64,000 nucleotides of DNA from Gemmatimonadales bacterium (GTDB lineage Bacteria; Gemmatimonadota; Gemmatimonadetes; Gemmatimonadales; GWC2-71-9): NCBI GenBank assembly GCA_041613315.1, contig JBFJHJ010000002.1, forward strand, positions 32,001-96,000, in the 5' to 3' direction. How positions within the stretch are numbered: the stretch's first letter is position 1; each line of letters begins with the position of its first letter. This document shows, in pieces, positions 10,213 through 20,695 of this stretch. The notes beneath the pieces are model-generated. The model was not told the DNA's origin, did no database searches, and saw only the letters and a list, made by a program, of their open reading frames with translations. Position numbers and translations under genes: made by a program.

Positions 10213-10326
10213 CCCACTGCTCCGTCACTGAGGGTCCCGAACGGGGCGGGAAAGATAGATGGTCCCCCCTGTCGCAGGAATGGTGGCCCCTTGCCGACGG
10301 CCGTTCCGGGTGTAGCGTTGTGAGTG

Positions 10327-10983
10327 ATGGCTCACCCTCCGGGTGCCCCTCCCACGCCGCGCCGGCGGCGAGACCCACGCGGCACGCATGACCGCCTCGT
10401 TCGGGCGGCCCTCGATCTCTTCACGACCCGCGGATACCATGACACCACGACGCCTCAGCTTGCCGAGCGGGCCGGCGTGGCCGAGGGGACGATCTACCGC
10501 CACTTCGAGAGCAAGGAACACCTGCTCAACGAGATCTACCGGGCGGCGGTGCGGCTGTTCACGAAGAGCGCCAAAGAAGCCCCGGCGACGGGCGGATCCC
10601 GCCAGCAGCTCGCCCACGTGGCGGGGGCGTGGCGCGAGCTGGCCGGCCGCGACCCGGCGCTCGTGAAGCTCGCGTTCGTAACACCGCTCGACCCGCTCTT
10701 GGATGCCAAGAGCTCCGAGTCCCGCACCGCCTTGCGCCAGGAGATCAACCGCATTGTCGCGTCCGGGAAAGCGGCGGGTGACGTGCGGCCGGGTCCCGTC
10801 GAGATTTGGACCGACGTGTGGCTCCACATCGTGGTATTGGCGCTCGAGCGTATCGCGGCGCGGGAGTGGGGCGCTCAGCACAGCGCACCCCAACTCGTGA
10901 TCGATGCGGCGTGGGACGCCATCCGCGCCCGCGACGCGGCGGCACCATCGGCGACATCGCGGCCCCCCGGACCGCCGCCGTGA
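10327..10983 (+). CDS. TetR/AcrR family transcriptional regulator
   Basis: N-terminal HTH (AERAGVAEGTIYRHFESKEHLL). Confidence 0.9.
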   Translation: MAHPPGAPPTPRRRRDPRGTHDRLVRAALDLFTTRGYHDTTTPQLAERAGVAEGTIYRHFESKEHLLNEIYRAAVRLFTKSAKEAPATGGSRQQLAHVAGAWRELAGRDPALVKLAFVTPLDPLLDAKSSESRTALRQEINRIVASGKAAGDVRPGPVEIWTDVWLHIVVLALERIAAREWGAQHSAPQLVIDAAWDAIRARDAAAPSATSRPPGPPP

Positions 10984-11079
10984 GCCCCCCGGCGAGCCAC
11001 GTACGACCCCTGCCCTCTCTAGACAACCCACCCCCATCACGTAACCTTCGGTGACTTTTCGAACCCGGAGATCTCCGTC

Positions 11080-12432
11080 ATGACTGCTCCCGCGGCCTCA
11101 CTGCTTCGCGACTCGTGGGCCACGCGGCTGGGCTTCATCCTCGCCGCCGTGGGATCCGCCGTGGGTCTGGGCAACATGTGGAGGTTCTCCTACATCGCCT
11201 CGCAGGGGGGCGGCGCCGCGTTCGTGCTGACCTACCTCGTGCTCGTGGCCATCGTGGGCGTGCCGCTGATGACCTCCGAGTTCGTCGTGGGCCGCATGAC
11301 GCACGAGTCACCGGCCGTGGCGTTGCGCCGGCTGGGCGGGTCGCGCTGGGCGCCGTTGGGCTGGCTCTTCGTGTTCTGCGGGTTCGGCATCCTGTCGTAC
11401 TACTCGGTGATCGCGGGCTGGACCATGCGCTACGCCTTCGACGCGGTCCGCAATGCGATCCCCACCGATACCAACGCGTACTTCGGCGAGGTGTCCTCCG
11501 GGGTGAGCTCCCTCGCCGGGCACCTGCTGTTCATGGGGATCACCGTTTTCATCGTGATGCGGGGCGTCAAGAAAGGGCTCGAGCGGGCGGCCCTGATCCT
11601 GATGCCACTCCTGTTCGTCATCCTGGTCGGGCTCGCGGTGTGGGCCGCGACGCTGTCCGGCGCCGGCGAGGCCTTCCGCTACTACCTGCGACCGAGCCTG
11701 TCTCAACTGTTTGACAGGAAGATCCTGACCGACGCCGCCGGCCAGGCGTTCTTCTCGCTGAGCCTTGGGATGGGCGCCCTGATGACCTACGCCTCGTACC
11801 TGGGGTCCAAGGAGAACCTGGGACGGGAGGCGACGGTGGTGGCGCTGACCGACTTCGGCGTCGCGTTCGTCGCCGGCCTCGTGGTCTTCCCCGTCGTGTT
11901 CACGTTCGGCCTCCAGGGACAGATTGGCGAGAGCGCCATCGGGGCGCTGTTCATCGCGCTGCCCGCGGGCTTCGAGGAACTGGGGCGGACCGGCGACTAC
12001 ATCGACACGGCGTTCTTCGTGATGCTGTTCTTCGCAGCACTCACCTCCGCCATCTCCCTGCTCGAGGTGATGGTGGCAGCCGCCATGGACCTATGGGGCT
12101 GGGCCCGCACGAAGGCCGCGCTCCTCTTCGGCGTCCTGATCGCGCTGATCGGCGTGCCATCCGCCTTCAGCACGGACTTTCTGGGTGCGGCGGATCAGCT
12201 CGTCGGGAACTTCTTGCTCATCGTCGGCGGCCTCTGCACGGCGATCTTGGTGGGATACCGGATTCTGCCGCAGGCGGATGCGGAGTTGGCACAGGGCCTG
12301 CCGAACGCCACCGCCCGCCGCGCGTGGGCGGCGTTCGTGCGCTACGTCGCGCCGGTGATCCTCATCATCGTTCTCGTGTTCCTGATTCCGCCGACGCTCG
12401 CGGCGATCCGAACGCTGCTGGGACTGGCCTAG
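11080..12432 (+). CDS. Sodium-dependent transporter (NSS/LeuT family)
   Basis: GSAVGLGNMWRF, GGGAAF, QAFFSLSLGMG, AALTSAISLLE; about 11 TM segments. Confidence 0.93.
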   Translation: MTAPAASLLRDSWATRLGFILAAVGSAVGLGNMWRFSYIASQGGGAAFVLTYLVLVAIVGVPLMTSEFVVGRMTHESPAVALRRLGGSRWAPLGWLFVFCGFGILSYYSVIAGWTMRYAFDAVRNAIPTDTNAYFGEVSSGVSSLAGHLLFMGITVFIVMRGVKKGLERAALILMPLLFVILVGLAVWAATLSGAGEAFRYYLRPSLSQLFDRKILTDAAGQAFFSLSLGMGALMTYASYLGSKENLGREATVVALTDFGVAFVAGLVVFPVVFTFGLQGQIGESAIGALFIALPAGFEELGRTGDYIDTAFFVMLFFAALTSAISLLEVMVAAAMDLWGWARTKAALLFGVLIALIGVPSAFSTDFLGAADQLVGNFLLIVGGLCTAILVGYRILPQADAELAQGLPNATARRAWAAFVRYVAPVILIIVLVFLIPPTLAAIRTLLGLA

Positions 12433-12518
12433 CGGCGAACCGGAGTCGAGTCGCGCGGCGCGCCCGCGGGCGGGATGCTGACCGCCAACCGCCGGCCGGC
12501 CGCCGGTTGAAAGTGCGG

Positions 12519-13607
12519 CTACCCCGCGTAGACATCCTCGACCGCCGACGCGGGCGGCATGTGGGTTGCTCGGCTCGCCACGGCCTCCTCGGCGGCCCGA
12601 TCCACCTCAGCGGTCACCTCCTGTTCGACGGCGGCCAGCCGGTCCGCCGGCACGCCGTCAGCCTGCAGGTGCGCCTCGTACAGGCCGATCGGGTCGCGCT
12701 TCCCCCAATGCGCGTACACGTCGGCCGGGATCATGCGCCGCGCGTCCTGCTCGTCGTGCGTCGCGTGCCCGCCCATGCGGAACGTCTCGGCGGCGAGGAT
12801 GACGGGCCCGTCGCCCGCGCGGCACCGCTCCACGGCCAACGTGGTCGCCGCGTACGCATCCAGCACGTTGTTGCCGTCGAACGATCCCCCCGCACAGCCG
12901 TAGGCCCGGTGCAGCTCGCCGAATCCGTCCGGCAGGTGGTGCCACTCCACCAAGGTTCCCAGGGCCACCTGGTTGTTTTGAATGATGAAGATCGCCGGGA
13001 GCCGCTGCACCGCAGCGAAGTTGAGCGCCTCGTGGGTGGCCCCCGCTTTCACCGACCCGTCGCCGATCCATGTGAGCGCGACGGCGTCCTCTCCCCGCAG
13101 CTGGAACGTCAAGGCGATCCCTGCAGTCACCGGCGGCATGTTCCCGATGTGCGAGATGGGCTGAAGGACCCGGTGCGCGAAGCCGCCGACGTGCCCGTCG
13201 CGGCCCTTGGACGGGGCGTCGAAGGTCCCGAGGTATCCCCGGAGCATGTCCGCCACCGGAATCCCCATTTCGCAGCACGCGCCGGCGTTGCGGATCATGG
13301 GCGCGACGACATCGCGAGTGCGGTCCAGCGCGTGCACCGGCCCCACGGTGGTCGCCTCCTCGCCCGTGCCGAGCCACGCCTTCGAGATGATGCCCTGACG
13401 CACCCAGCGCGCGAGCGTGACATCGTGCAGGCGCGCGCGGAGCATGCCGGCATACAGTGCCAGCTTCGCGTCGAGGCTCAGGGCGTTCGTGACCCTCCGC
13501 CGCTCGGGGTCGGCGGCCACGGTAGCCGCGAACGCCGCCACCAGATCGGGATCCGCCGACCAGGTGACGTATTCCGGGGGATCGTAGGCGGGAAACCGGT
13601 GGACCAC
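12519..13607 (-). CDS. TPP-dependent 2-oxoacid dehydrogenase E1 alpha subunit
   Basis: GDGS...NN TPP motif, DGNNV, FRMGGHATHD, KRDPI. Confidence 0.85.
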   Translation of the reverse strand: MVHRFPAYDPPEYVTWSADPDLVAAFAATVAADPERRRVTNALSLDAKLALYAGMLRARLHDVTLARWVRQGIISKAWLGTGEEATTVGPVHALDRTRDVVAPMIRNAGACCEMGIPVADMLRGYLGTFDAPSKGRDGHVGGFAHRVLQPISHIGNMPPVTAGIALTFQLRGEDAVALTWIGDGSVKAGATHEALNFAAVQRLPAIFIIQNNQVALGTLVEWHHLPDGFGELHRAYGCAGGSFDGNNVLDAYAATTLAVERCRAGDGPVILAAETFRMGGHATHDEQDARRMIPADVYAHWGKRDPIGLYEAHLQADGVPADRLAAVEQEVTAEVDRAAEEAVASRATHMPPASAVEDVYAG

Positions 13608-13654
13608 GACGGTCGTTGTCCTCGAGAGGATCTCGGGGTAATATCCGGAACCGC

Positions 13655-14533
13655 ATGAGGTCCAGCAAGCCGATGCCGCCCGTCACGATCCGTACCGCCA
13701 CGTGGGCCGCGCTTCCGCTCGTCGCCGCCTTCGTCGTCTTCGGCGCGCACACCCCGCCCGGCCGCGAGGCGCCGGCGGACGACCGGCTCGCGGACTCCCT
13801 CGTCGGCCTGTGGATCGACTCCGTCGGCGGCATGGCGACGTATGACCGTTTCATCTCGACGTCGTTCACCGTGACGACCGTCCTGTACGACACCCTCACG
13901 GCGCGCGTCAAGCGCAGCCGGCCGCGCTACGTCTGGATCCGCAAGGGCCCGTACGGCGAAGAGACCCGCGTCGAGCGCTGGGAAGGTGACGACTTCATTC
14001 AGCAGGGCTTCAACGGCCGCGACCCCGCCTGGGCGGCGCTACACGGAACGCTGCTGCCCGACTCGGCGAAGGACGCCAGGGAGGCGCTCTACGTTTCGCG
14101 AGACCTCTTCTATTGGATCGGCCTGCCCTTCAAGCTGCGCGATCCCGGCGTCCACCTCACGTACCTTGGCCGCACGGCGTTGCCCGGTGTGCCCTGGAGC
14201 GGCGAGCCCGCCATGCAGCGCCCGGCGCGCGATGGCCGCTACCACGCGGTGGGCGTGAGCTTCGGCGAAGGCGTGGGCGAGCACCGGGACGTCTTCACCT
14301 ACTACTTCGCGCCGGGTCACGCCCTGCCGACCGAAGTGACCTATGTCGAGGAAGGCCGCACGGACCTCAACCGGCTTATCTGGGGAGTGACCGAGCGAGT
14401 CGGTCCGATCCGCTATCCCTACGTAACGCGCCGTGACTGGCTCACCGTGTCCGGCAAGCGGACAAAGGCGCTGGTGGTGACCGACGTCGTGGTGAATCCC
14501 GAGATCCCGCAGGAGCGGTTCGAGCGGCCCTGA
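13655..14533 (+). CDS. Hypothetical exported protein
   Basis: Long ORF with genome-typical codon pattern, hydrophobic N-terminal segment, FYWIGLPFKLRDPG motif; start uncertain (13655 or 13673). Confidence 0.65.
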   Translation: MRSSKPMPPVTIRTATWAALPLVAAFVVFGAHTPPGREAPADDRLADSLVGLWIDSVGGMATYDRFISTSFTVTTVLYDTLTARVKRSRPRYVWIRKGPYGEETRVERWEGDDFIQQGFNGRDPAWAALHGTLLPDSAKDAREALYVSRDLFYWIGLPFKLRDPGVHLTYLGRTALPGVPWSGEPAMQRPARDGRYHAVGVSFGEGVGEHRDVFTYYFAPGHALPTEVTYVEEGRTDLNRLIWGVTERVGPIRYPYVTRRDWLTVSGKRTKALVVTDVVVNPEIPQERFERP

Positions 14534-14536
14534 CGG

Positions 14537-15613
14537 CTAGACCAGGAGTTGCTGGAGCCGCTCACGATCGGCGCCGTCGAGCGCGTCGACCAGCGCCTGG
14601 CCGAGGTCGAGGGCGGTGGCGTAGCGGTCGGCCGGATTCGTCTCCAGCGTCTTCATCAGCACGCGTGCCAGCGGCGCGGGGAAGTCGGGGAGAACCTTCC
14701 AGATCGGCGTCGGGCGACCGCGAAGCCGGGCGATCATCATGTCCTGCGGGTTCTTGCCCTCGAACGGCAGTTTCCCGGTGAACATCTCGTAGGCGAGCAC
14801 GCCCATCGCATAGACGTCGCTCCGCGCGTCGAGGGGCTTCCCCCGAATCTGCTCCGGGCTCATGAACTCGGGCGTGCCCAAGATGATGCCCGTGGCGGTG
14901 AGCTTCGCCACGCTCGGATCGGCGCGCCGCTCCTTGGCGAGGCCGAAGTCCATCACGACGGCCCGCTCGCGGCCGTCGGGGTTCTTCACGAGCATTACGT
15001 TCTCGGGCTTGAGATCGCGATGCACGATATTGAACTGGTGGGCGTGGTGCAGGCCGGCGCACACCTGGACCAGGATCTCGACCCCCACGTCGGGGGCCAT
15101 GGGGCCCACTCGCACCTCGCGATCGGAGAGGAGGTCGCCCGGGAGATAGGGCATCACGAGGTAGATGAGGCCGTCTTCCGTCTCGCCGAGCCGGTGGATG
15201 CGGCAGACGTTCGGGTGCTCCAGGCGCATCGCGAGGCCGGCTTCCCGACGCAGCCGCTCGACCGAGTTGCGATCGCGGGAGAGCTTCGGGCTCAGGACCT
15301 TGATCGCCACGGTGTCGTTCGCGGTCGAATCGCGGGCCTCGTACACGTAGGACATCCCGCCTTCCCCGATGCGCCGGCCGACGTGGTAGCGGCCCTCGAG
15401 CACGTGGCCCTGGAGCGCGCCGGCCCGACTCTGGGAGGGTCCCTCCGGGCGCTTGGTGCTCTGGCGGACCTGGGTCTCCGTGGTCTCGCCGGACGACGGC
15501 GCCCGGCGCACGGCGCCGGGGCCCGCCACCTCGATGAGCGGACTGCCGTCCTTGGGGCAGAAGCGCGCTTCCCCGCCGTACTCGGTTCGGCAGCGCGGGC
15601 AGCGGCGGCTCAT
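14537..15613 (-). CDS. Hanks-type Ser/Thr protein kinase with N-terminal zinc-ribbon-like motif
   Basis: CPRC...FCPKDG, IGEGGMSYVY, VAIK, HRDLKPEN, DFG, GTPEFMSPE. Confidence 0.93.
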   Translation of the reverse strand: MSRRCPRCRTEYGGEARFCPKDGSPLIEVAGPGAVRRAPSSGETTETQVRQSTKRPEGPSQSRAGALQGHVLEGRYHVGRRIGEGGMSYVYEARDSTANDTVAIKVLSPKLSRDRNSVERLRREAGLAMRLEHPNVCRIHRLGETEDGLIYLVMPYLPGDLLSDREVRVGPMAPDVGVEILVQVCAGLHHAHQFNIVHRDLKPENVMLVKNPDGRERAVVMDFGLAKERRADPSVAKLTATGIILGTPEFMSPEQIRGKPLDARSDVYAMGVLAYEMFTGKLPFEGKNPQDMMIARLRGRPTPIWKVLPDFPAPLARVLMKTLETNPADRYATALDLGQALVDALDGADRERLQQLLV

Positions 15614-17067
15614 CGGCTCACCCGGTTGCGCCCGTACCGTTTGGCACGGTAGAGGGCGTCGTCCGCGCGGGCGATCACGGCCTCGGGATCGCTCGCCTCG
15701 CCCGGGTCGAGGCTCGTGATCCCCACCGAGACCGTCACCCCGAGCGGTTGCTCGCCGCCGTCCGCGAAGTCGTGCTGCGCGACGCGCAACCGGATCCGTT
15801 CGGCGGAGATGCGCGCACCTTCCGGCCCCGTCTCCGGGACCAGGACGACAAACTCCTCGCCACCGAACCGTGCCACCACATCCACCGTCCGCACCTCGGC
15901 GAGGAGCAGCTCCCCCACCTGCCGCAGCACGCTGTCGCCCACCAGGTGCCCGTGCTCATCGTTCACGCTCTTGAAGCGGTCCAGATCGATCATGAGCACG
16001 CTGAGCGCCAGCTTGTAGCGCTGCACCCGCTCCAACTCCGCTTCCAGCCGCTCCACCAGCGTGCGGCGGTTGACGCAGCCGGTGAGCGGGTCGATCGCCG
16101 CCAGCTCCTGGTAGCGCCGCTTGTCGGACTCGACGCTCTGGAGCTCGTAGGCGCGCTCGATCGCGTTCACGGCCGTCCCGACGACGCGCTCGGCGAACTC
16201 GAGACTCGCTTGCGTCAGGGGTGGATCCTGGCCGAGCGTCCGCAAGAAGAAGACCCCGGAGTGCTGGCCTCGCAGCGTGAACGGCACGGCAATCACCGAC
16301 CGTGTGAGCACCGCGATCCCCTCGTGCTCCCACTGGCGACGCACCGCCGCGTAGAGGGGGTCAGTCTGGACGTCCTGCACCAGCACCGGCTTGTTCGTCG
16401 AGAGGGCCTTGCGGACCTCCGGATAGCGCCCCAGCTGGATGTCGAGATTGCGCAGCATGGGGTTGTCGGCAGCCACCACGACCGTGGCCACCTTGTCGGC
16501 CGGCTGGGCAAGCACGATGGAGCACTTGGAGATGTTGAGCACCTTGGCGACGCGCCGGGCGAGAATATGGTACATCTCTTCCGGGGCCAGCGCCTCGGTC
16601 ACCTCGTGCAGGATGTCCACCATCTCGGCGCGCGCGGCCGCCTCGGAAGCGCGTCGCTCGGCCTCCCGTCGGGCGTTCCGGAGCTCTCGGCTGATGCGGA
16701 GGTGGGCGTCCACCCGGGCCACCAGCTCCTTCACGCGAAACGGCTTGGCGATGAAGTCGGCCGCCCCCAACCCGAGGGACTTGACGGTGGCCTCTTCGGG
16801 CGGGATGGAGGAGATCATCAGGACGGGGAGATCGCGCCAGCGATCGGCGCGCTTCACCTGCTCAAGGAGCTGCAGGCCGTCGACCTTCGGCATCATGATG
16901 TCGAGCATGAGGAGGTCCGGCCGCTCCTCGTCCATCCGCCCGAGCAGGTTCTCACCACCGCGGACCGGGATCACGTGGTAGCCGCGTTCCTTGAGGATCC
17001 ACGTGATGGTGTCGAGCAGCGCCTGGTCATCGTCGGCGACCAGGATGCGAGCCGCCTGCGCCGTCAT
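15610..17067 (-). CDS. Response-regulator diguanylate cyclase (REC-GAF-GGDEF)
   Basis: REC (ADDD, LDIMMP, KPF), central GAF-like region, GGEEF with RxxD I-site (RTVD). Confidence 0.92.
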   Translation of the reverse strand: MTAQAARILVADDDQALLDTITWILKERGYHVIPVRGGENLLGRMDEERPDLLMLDIMMPKVDGLQLLEQVKRADRWRDLPVLMISSIPPEEATVKSLGLGAADFIAKPFRVKELVARVDAHLRISRELRNARREAERRASEAAARAEMVDILHEVTEALAPEEMYHILARRVAKVLNISKCSIVLAQPADKVATVVVAADNPMLRNLDIQLGRYPEVRKALSTNKPVLVQDVQTDPLYAAVRRQWEHEGIAVLTRSVIAVPFTLRGQHSGVFFLRTLGQDPPLTQASLEFAERVVGTAVNAIERAYELQSVESDKRRYQELAAIDPLTGCVNRRTLVERLEAELERVQRYKLALSVLMIDLDRFKSVNDEHGHLVGDSVLRQVGELLLAEVRTVDVVARFGGEEFVVLVPETGPEGARISAERIRLRVAQHDFADGGEQPLGVTVSVGITSLDPGEASDPEAVIARADDALYRAKRYGRNRVSR

Positions 17068-17079
17068 CGCCGCCGATCG

Positions 17080-18075
17080 TTAGGTGTTCGCCAGCGCCGC
17101 GATGGCCGCGGGGTCCACGTTCCCGCCGCTCACGACGAGCACGGTGGGGCCGTGCGGCTTGAGGGCGCCGGACCGGAGGGCCGCGGTCGTGGCCGCTCCG
17201 GAAGGCTCGGCGCGGACTCCTGCGGTCGCGGAGAGCCACACCGTCGCCTCAGCGATCGCGGCGTCCGACACCGTGATCGCGTCGATGTGGCCCTGCATGT
17301 GGTGGAAAGTAACCGTGCCTACTGAAAGGGGAAGTAACCCGTCGGCGATGCTGTGCGTGCGCTCGAGCCGGACGGGGCCGCCCGCCGCGAGGGCGGCGCC
17401 GAGGGCGGCAGCGCCTGCGGGCTCCACCCCCGTGACGCGGGCGCCCGGCGCGAGGGCCGCGAGCGCCGTGATGATGCCAGCGGCGAGTCCGCCGCCTCCC
17501 ACGGGGACCGCCACGTGGGCGACCTCGGGCAGTTGCTCGGCGATCTCGAGGCCCACGGTGCCCTGGCCCGCGATGATCGCGGGGTGATCGTACGGCGGGA
17601 TCACGGCGAGCCGCTCCGTCGCCACGAGACGCATCGCCTCCCGATAGCGGTCCTCGGACGTGCGGCCCGCGAACACGACCTCGCCTCCCCAACGCTCGAC
17701 GCCCGCCACCTTGGCGGGCGGCGCCGTCTCCGGCATCACGATCACCGCCCGCACACCGAGCCGGCGCGCCGCGAACGCGACGGCCTGGCCATGATTCCCG
17801 CTCGAATACGTGACGACGCCGCGGGAGCGCTCCGCCGGGGTGAGCCACTGAAGCGCCGTCCAGGCGCCCCGGAGCTTGAAGGCGCCCGTGGGCTGCTCGT
17901 TTTCGAGCTTCAGGAAGATCGGGACGCCGGCCTGCTCGGTGAGCTGCGGCACCGGTTGGAGCGAGGTGCGAACCGCGACGCCGTCCAGCCCGCGGGCGGC
18001 GACGCGAATGTCCTCGATCGTCACCCGGGACACCGTGGCGCTACTGACGGGAGATTGGGGCGGGCGCCTAGGCAT
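17080..18075 (-). CDS. Threonine/serine dehydratase family PLP enzyme
   Basis: KLENEQPTGAFKLRGA, SSGNHGQ, GQGT, PVGGGGL, EPSGA, SGGN. Confidence 0.9.
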   Translation of the reverse strand: MPRRPPQSPVSSATVSRVTIEDIRVAARGLDGVAVRTSLQPVPQLTEQAGVPIFLKLENEQPTGAFKLRGAWTALQWLTPAERSRGVVTYSSGNHGQAVAFAARRLGVRAVIVMPETAPPAKVAGVERWGGEVVFAGRTSEDRYREAMRLVATERLAVIPPYDHPAIIAGQGTVGLEIAEQLPEVAHVAVPVGGGGLAAGIITALAALAPGARVTGVEPAGAAALGAALAAGGPVRLERTHSIADGLLPLSVGTVTFHHMQGHIDAITVSDAAIAEATVWLSATAGVRAEPSGAATTAALRSGALKPHGPTVLVVSGGNVDPAAIAALANT

Positions 18076-18078
18076 GCG

Positions 18079-18108
18079 AAAAACGGAGTCCCGGTGGCCG
18101 GGGCCCGT
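18079..18108 (-). terminator. Putative intrinsic terminator after gyrA
   Basis: Minus strand ACGGGCCCCGG-CCA-CCGGGACTCCG then TTTTT, directly after the gyrA stop; imperfect stem. Confidence 0.55.
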
Positions 18109-20636
18109 CAGAGATCCATCTCGCTCTGGTCCGCACCCTCCGCCACGATCTCCTCATCCGGCACCGGACCCTCGTCCTCGCCGTTCTCCGCGTCGCCCCC
18201 CTCGTCTTCCTTGACGACCCGCGCCACGTCGACCACGAAATCGCCGGGGTCGAGGTTCATCACGCGGACACCCTGGGTGTTGCGCCCGCTGATCCGGATT
18301 CCCTCGACCGGGACACGGATGATGACGCCGTGGCGGGTGACCATCATGAGCTCGTCGTCGGGGAGGACTTCCTTGAGGGCGACCACCTCGCCGGTCTTCT
18401 CGGTGCGTTTCAGCGTGATGATGCCCTTCCCGCCGCGCTTTTGCACGCGGTAGTCCGCGATGGGAGAGCGCTTGCCAAGTCCCTTCTCGGTCACCACGAG
18501 GAGCGTGGCGTCGCGGCGTAGGACGACCATCCCGATCACCCGGTCGCCTTTCGCGAGCTGGATGCCCCGGACGCCGGCGGTGGCGCGGCCCATCTCCCGT
18601 ACGTCCTGTTCGCTGAACCGGATGCTCATGCCGTGACGAGTGGCCAAGACGATGTCGTTCGAGCCGTCGGTGATCTGCACCTCGATCAGCTCGTCGCCCT
18701 CGTCGATGTTGATGGCCGTAATGCCGGTCGAGCGCGGGTTGCCAAACGCCGAGAGCACCGTCTTCTTCACGACGCCGGCGGCCGTCGCGAACATGAGGGC
18801 GTGCGTGTCGGAGAACTCGCGGACGGAAATAAAGGCCGCGATGCGTTCATCGGGCTTGATACCGATCAAGTTGACGACCGGGCGGCCACGGGCGGCCCGT
18901 CCACCCTGGGGCACGTCGTACACCTTGAGCCAGTAGACGCGGCCGGTGTGGGAGAAAAACAGGACGTAGTCGTGGGTGGACGCCACGAAGAGGTGTTCCA
19001 CCCAGTCGTCCTCCTTCGTGCCCATTCCCGTGAGGCCCCGACCGCCCCGACGCTGGCGCCGGTACGTGGTCACGGGAATCCGCTTGATATAGCCGAAGTG
19101 CGAGATCGTAATGACCATGTCCTCTTCGGCGATCAGGTCCTCGATCGAGAAGTCGCCCTCCTCGGCCACGATCTCGGTCCGGCGCCGATCGCCGAACTTC
19201 TGGACCAGCGCGTCCAACTCGTCCTTGAGGATCTGCATCCGCTTCGGCTGGGAACCGAGGATCCCCTTCAGCTCCTTGATCAGCGCGCGCACCTCCTTCA
19301 ACTCCGCGTCGAGCTTGTCGATCTCGAGCGACGTGAGGCGAGCCAGCCGCATGTTGAGGATCGCCTCGCTCTGCTTCTCGGACAGCTCGAACCGCTCACG
19401 GAGCGCGGCGTCGGCCGCGGGAACGTCCTGCGCCTTTCGGATGATCTTCACGACCTCGTCGATGCTGTCGACCGCGATCTTGAGACCCTCCAGGATGTGC
19501 TCCCGGCTTTGGGCCTGCTCGAGGTCGTACGTCGTCCGGCGGGTAATGACCTCGTGACGATGCTCGACGAATCGCTCGAGGATCTGCTTGAGATCCAACA
19601 CCTGCGGCTGGCCGTCCACCAGCGCCAGCATGATCGCGCCGAACGTGCTCTGCATTTGCGTGTGCTTGAACAGCTGATTCAGCACGACCGTCGGGTTGGC
19701 ATCGCGCTTGAGCTCGATCACGATCCGCATGCCGTCCCGGTCCGATTCGTCCCGGAGATCCGAGATGTCGGTGACCTTCTTGTTGCGGACCAACCCGGCG
19801 ATCTGCTCGATCAGGCGCGACTTGTTGACCTGGAACGGAATCTCGGTGACCACGATCTGGGACTTGTTGGAGCTCTCCTTCTCCTCGACTTGCGCCCGGG
19901 CGCGCATCACGATCCGGCCGCGACCGGTCTCGTAGCACTCCTTGATGCCGTCCCGCCCGTAGATGAAGCCCGCAGTGGGAAAGTCGGGACCCTTCACGTG
20001 CTTGCAGAGGTCGGCGATCGAGCAGTCGGGGGTGTCCACCAGGTGCTTGAGCGCCGCGGCGACCTCGCTGAGGTTGTGCGGCGGAATGTTCGTCGCCATC
20101 CCCACGGCGATCCCCGAGGCGCCGTTGATCAGCAGATTCGGCACCTGGGCGGGCAGGATCGTCGGCTCCTGGAGTCGGTCGTCGAAGTTGGGGATGAACT
20201 CGACGGTGTTCTTGTCGATGTCCTCCAGCAGCTGCACCGCGAGCGGCGTGAGCCGGGCCTCGGTGTAGCGATAGGCCGCGGCATTGTCGCCGTCCACGGA
20301 CCCGAAATTGCCCTGTCCGTCCACCAGCGGGTAGCGCAGCGAGAAGTCCTGCACCATGCGCACGAGCGAGTCATACACCGCCATGTCGCCGTGCGGGTGG
20401 TACTTGCCGAGCACGTCGCCCACCACCGTGGCGCTCTTCTTATGCGGGCGCCCGGGCTGGAGCCCGAGCTCGTTCATCGCGTAGAGGATGCGCCGATGCA
20501 CCGGCTTGAGGCCGTCGCGCACATCGGGGAGCGCGCGCTGTACGATGACGCTCATCGAATAGTCGATGAAGGACTCCTTCATCTCGTCTTCGATGAGGCG
20601 GGGGAGGATGCGCTCACGCTGATGGGGTGCGGTCAT
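18108..20636 (-). CDS. gyrA: DNA gyrase subunit A
   Basis: [30 protein letters not shown] catalytic Tyr, GyrA-box QRRGGRG, six-blade CTD, acidic tail. Confidence 0.97.
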   Translation of the reverse strand: MTAPHQRERILPRLIEDEMKESFIDYSMSVIVQRALPDVRDGLKPVHRRILYAMNELGLQPGRPHKKSATVVGDVLGKYHPHGDMAVYDSLVRMVQDFSLRYPLVDGQGNFGSVDGDNAAAYRYTEARLTPLAVQLLEDIDKNTVEFIPNFDDRLQEPTILPAQVPNLLINGASGIAVGMATNIPPHNLSEVAAALKHLVDTPDCSIADLCKHVKGPDFPTAGFIYGRDGIKECYETGRGRIVMRARAQVEEKESSNKSQIVVTEIPFQVNKSRLIEQIAGLVRNKKVTDISDLRDESDRDGMRIVIELKRDANPTVVLNQLFKHTQMQSTFGAIMLALVDGQPQVLDLKQILERFVEHRHEVITRRTTYDLEQAQSREHILEGLKIAVDSIDEVVKIIRKAQDVPAADAALRERFELSEKQSEAILNMRLARLTSLEIDKLDAELKEVRALIKELKGILGSQPKRMQILKDELDALVQKFGDRRRTEIVAEEGDFSIEDLIAEEDMVITISHFGYIKRIPVTTYRRQRRGGRGLTGMGTKEDDWVEHLFVASTHDYVLFFSHTGRVYWLKVYDVPQGGRAARGRPVVNLIGIKPDERIAAFISVREFSDTHALMFATAAGVVKKTVLSAFGNPRSTGITAINIDEGDELIEVQITDGSNDIVLATRHGMSIRFSEQDVREMGRATAGVRGIQLAKGDRVIGMVVLRRDATLLVVTEKGLGKRSPIADYRVQKRGGKGIITLKRTEKTGEVVALKEVLPDDELMMVTRHGVIIRVPVEGIRISGRNTQGVRVMNLDPGDFVVDVARVVKEDEGGDAENGEDEGPVPDEEIVAEGADQSEMDL

Positions 20637-20695
20637 GGCCGTCCTTCTCGGGTATGCAAAAACGGGGGCCCGAGGACCCCCGTGGAGGTCCCAGC

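Noticed and set aside
12486..12509. Hairpin CAACCG...CGGTTG between convergent genes as a terminator
   Set aside because: Short stem in GC-rich sequence with no convincing U-tract; too weak to call
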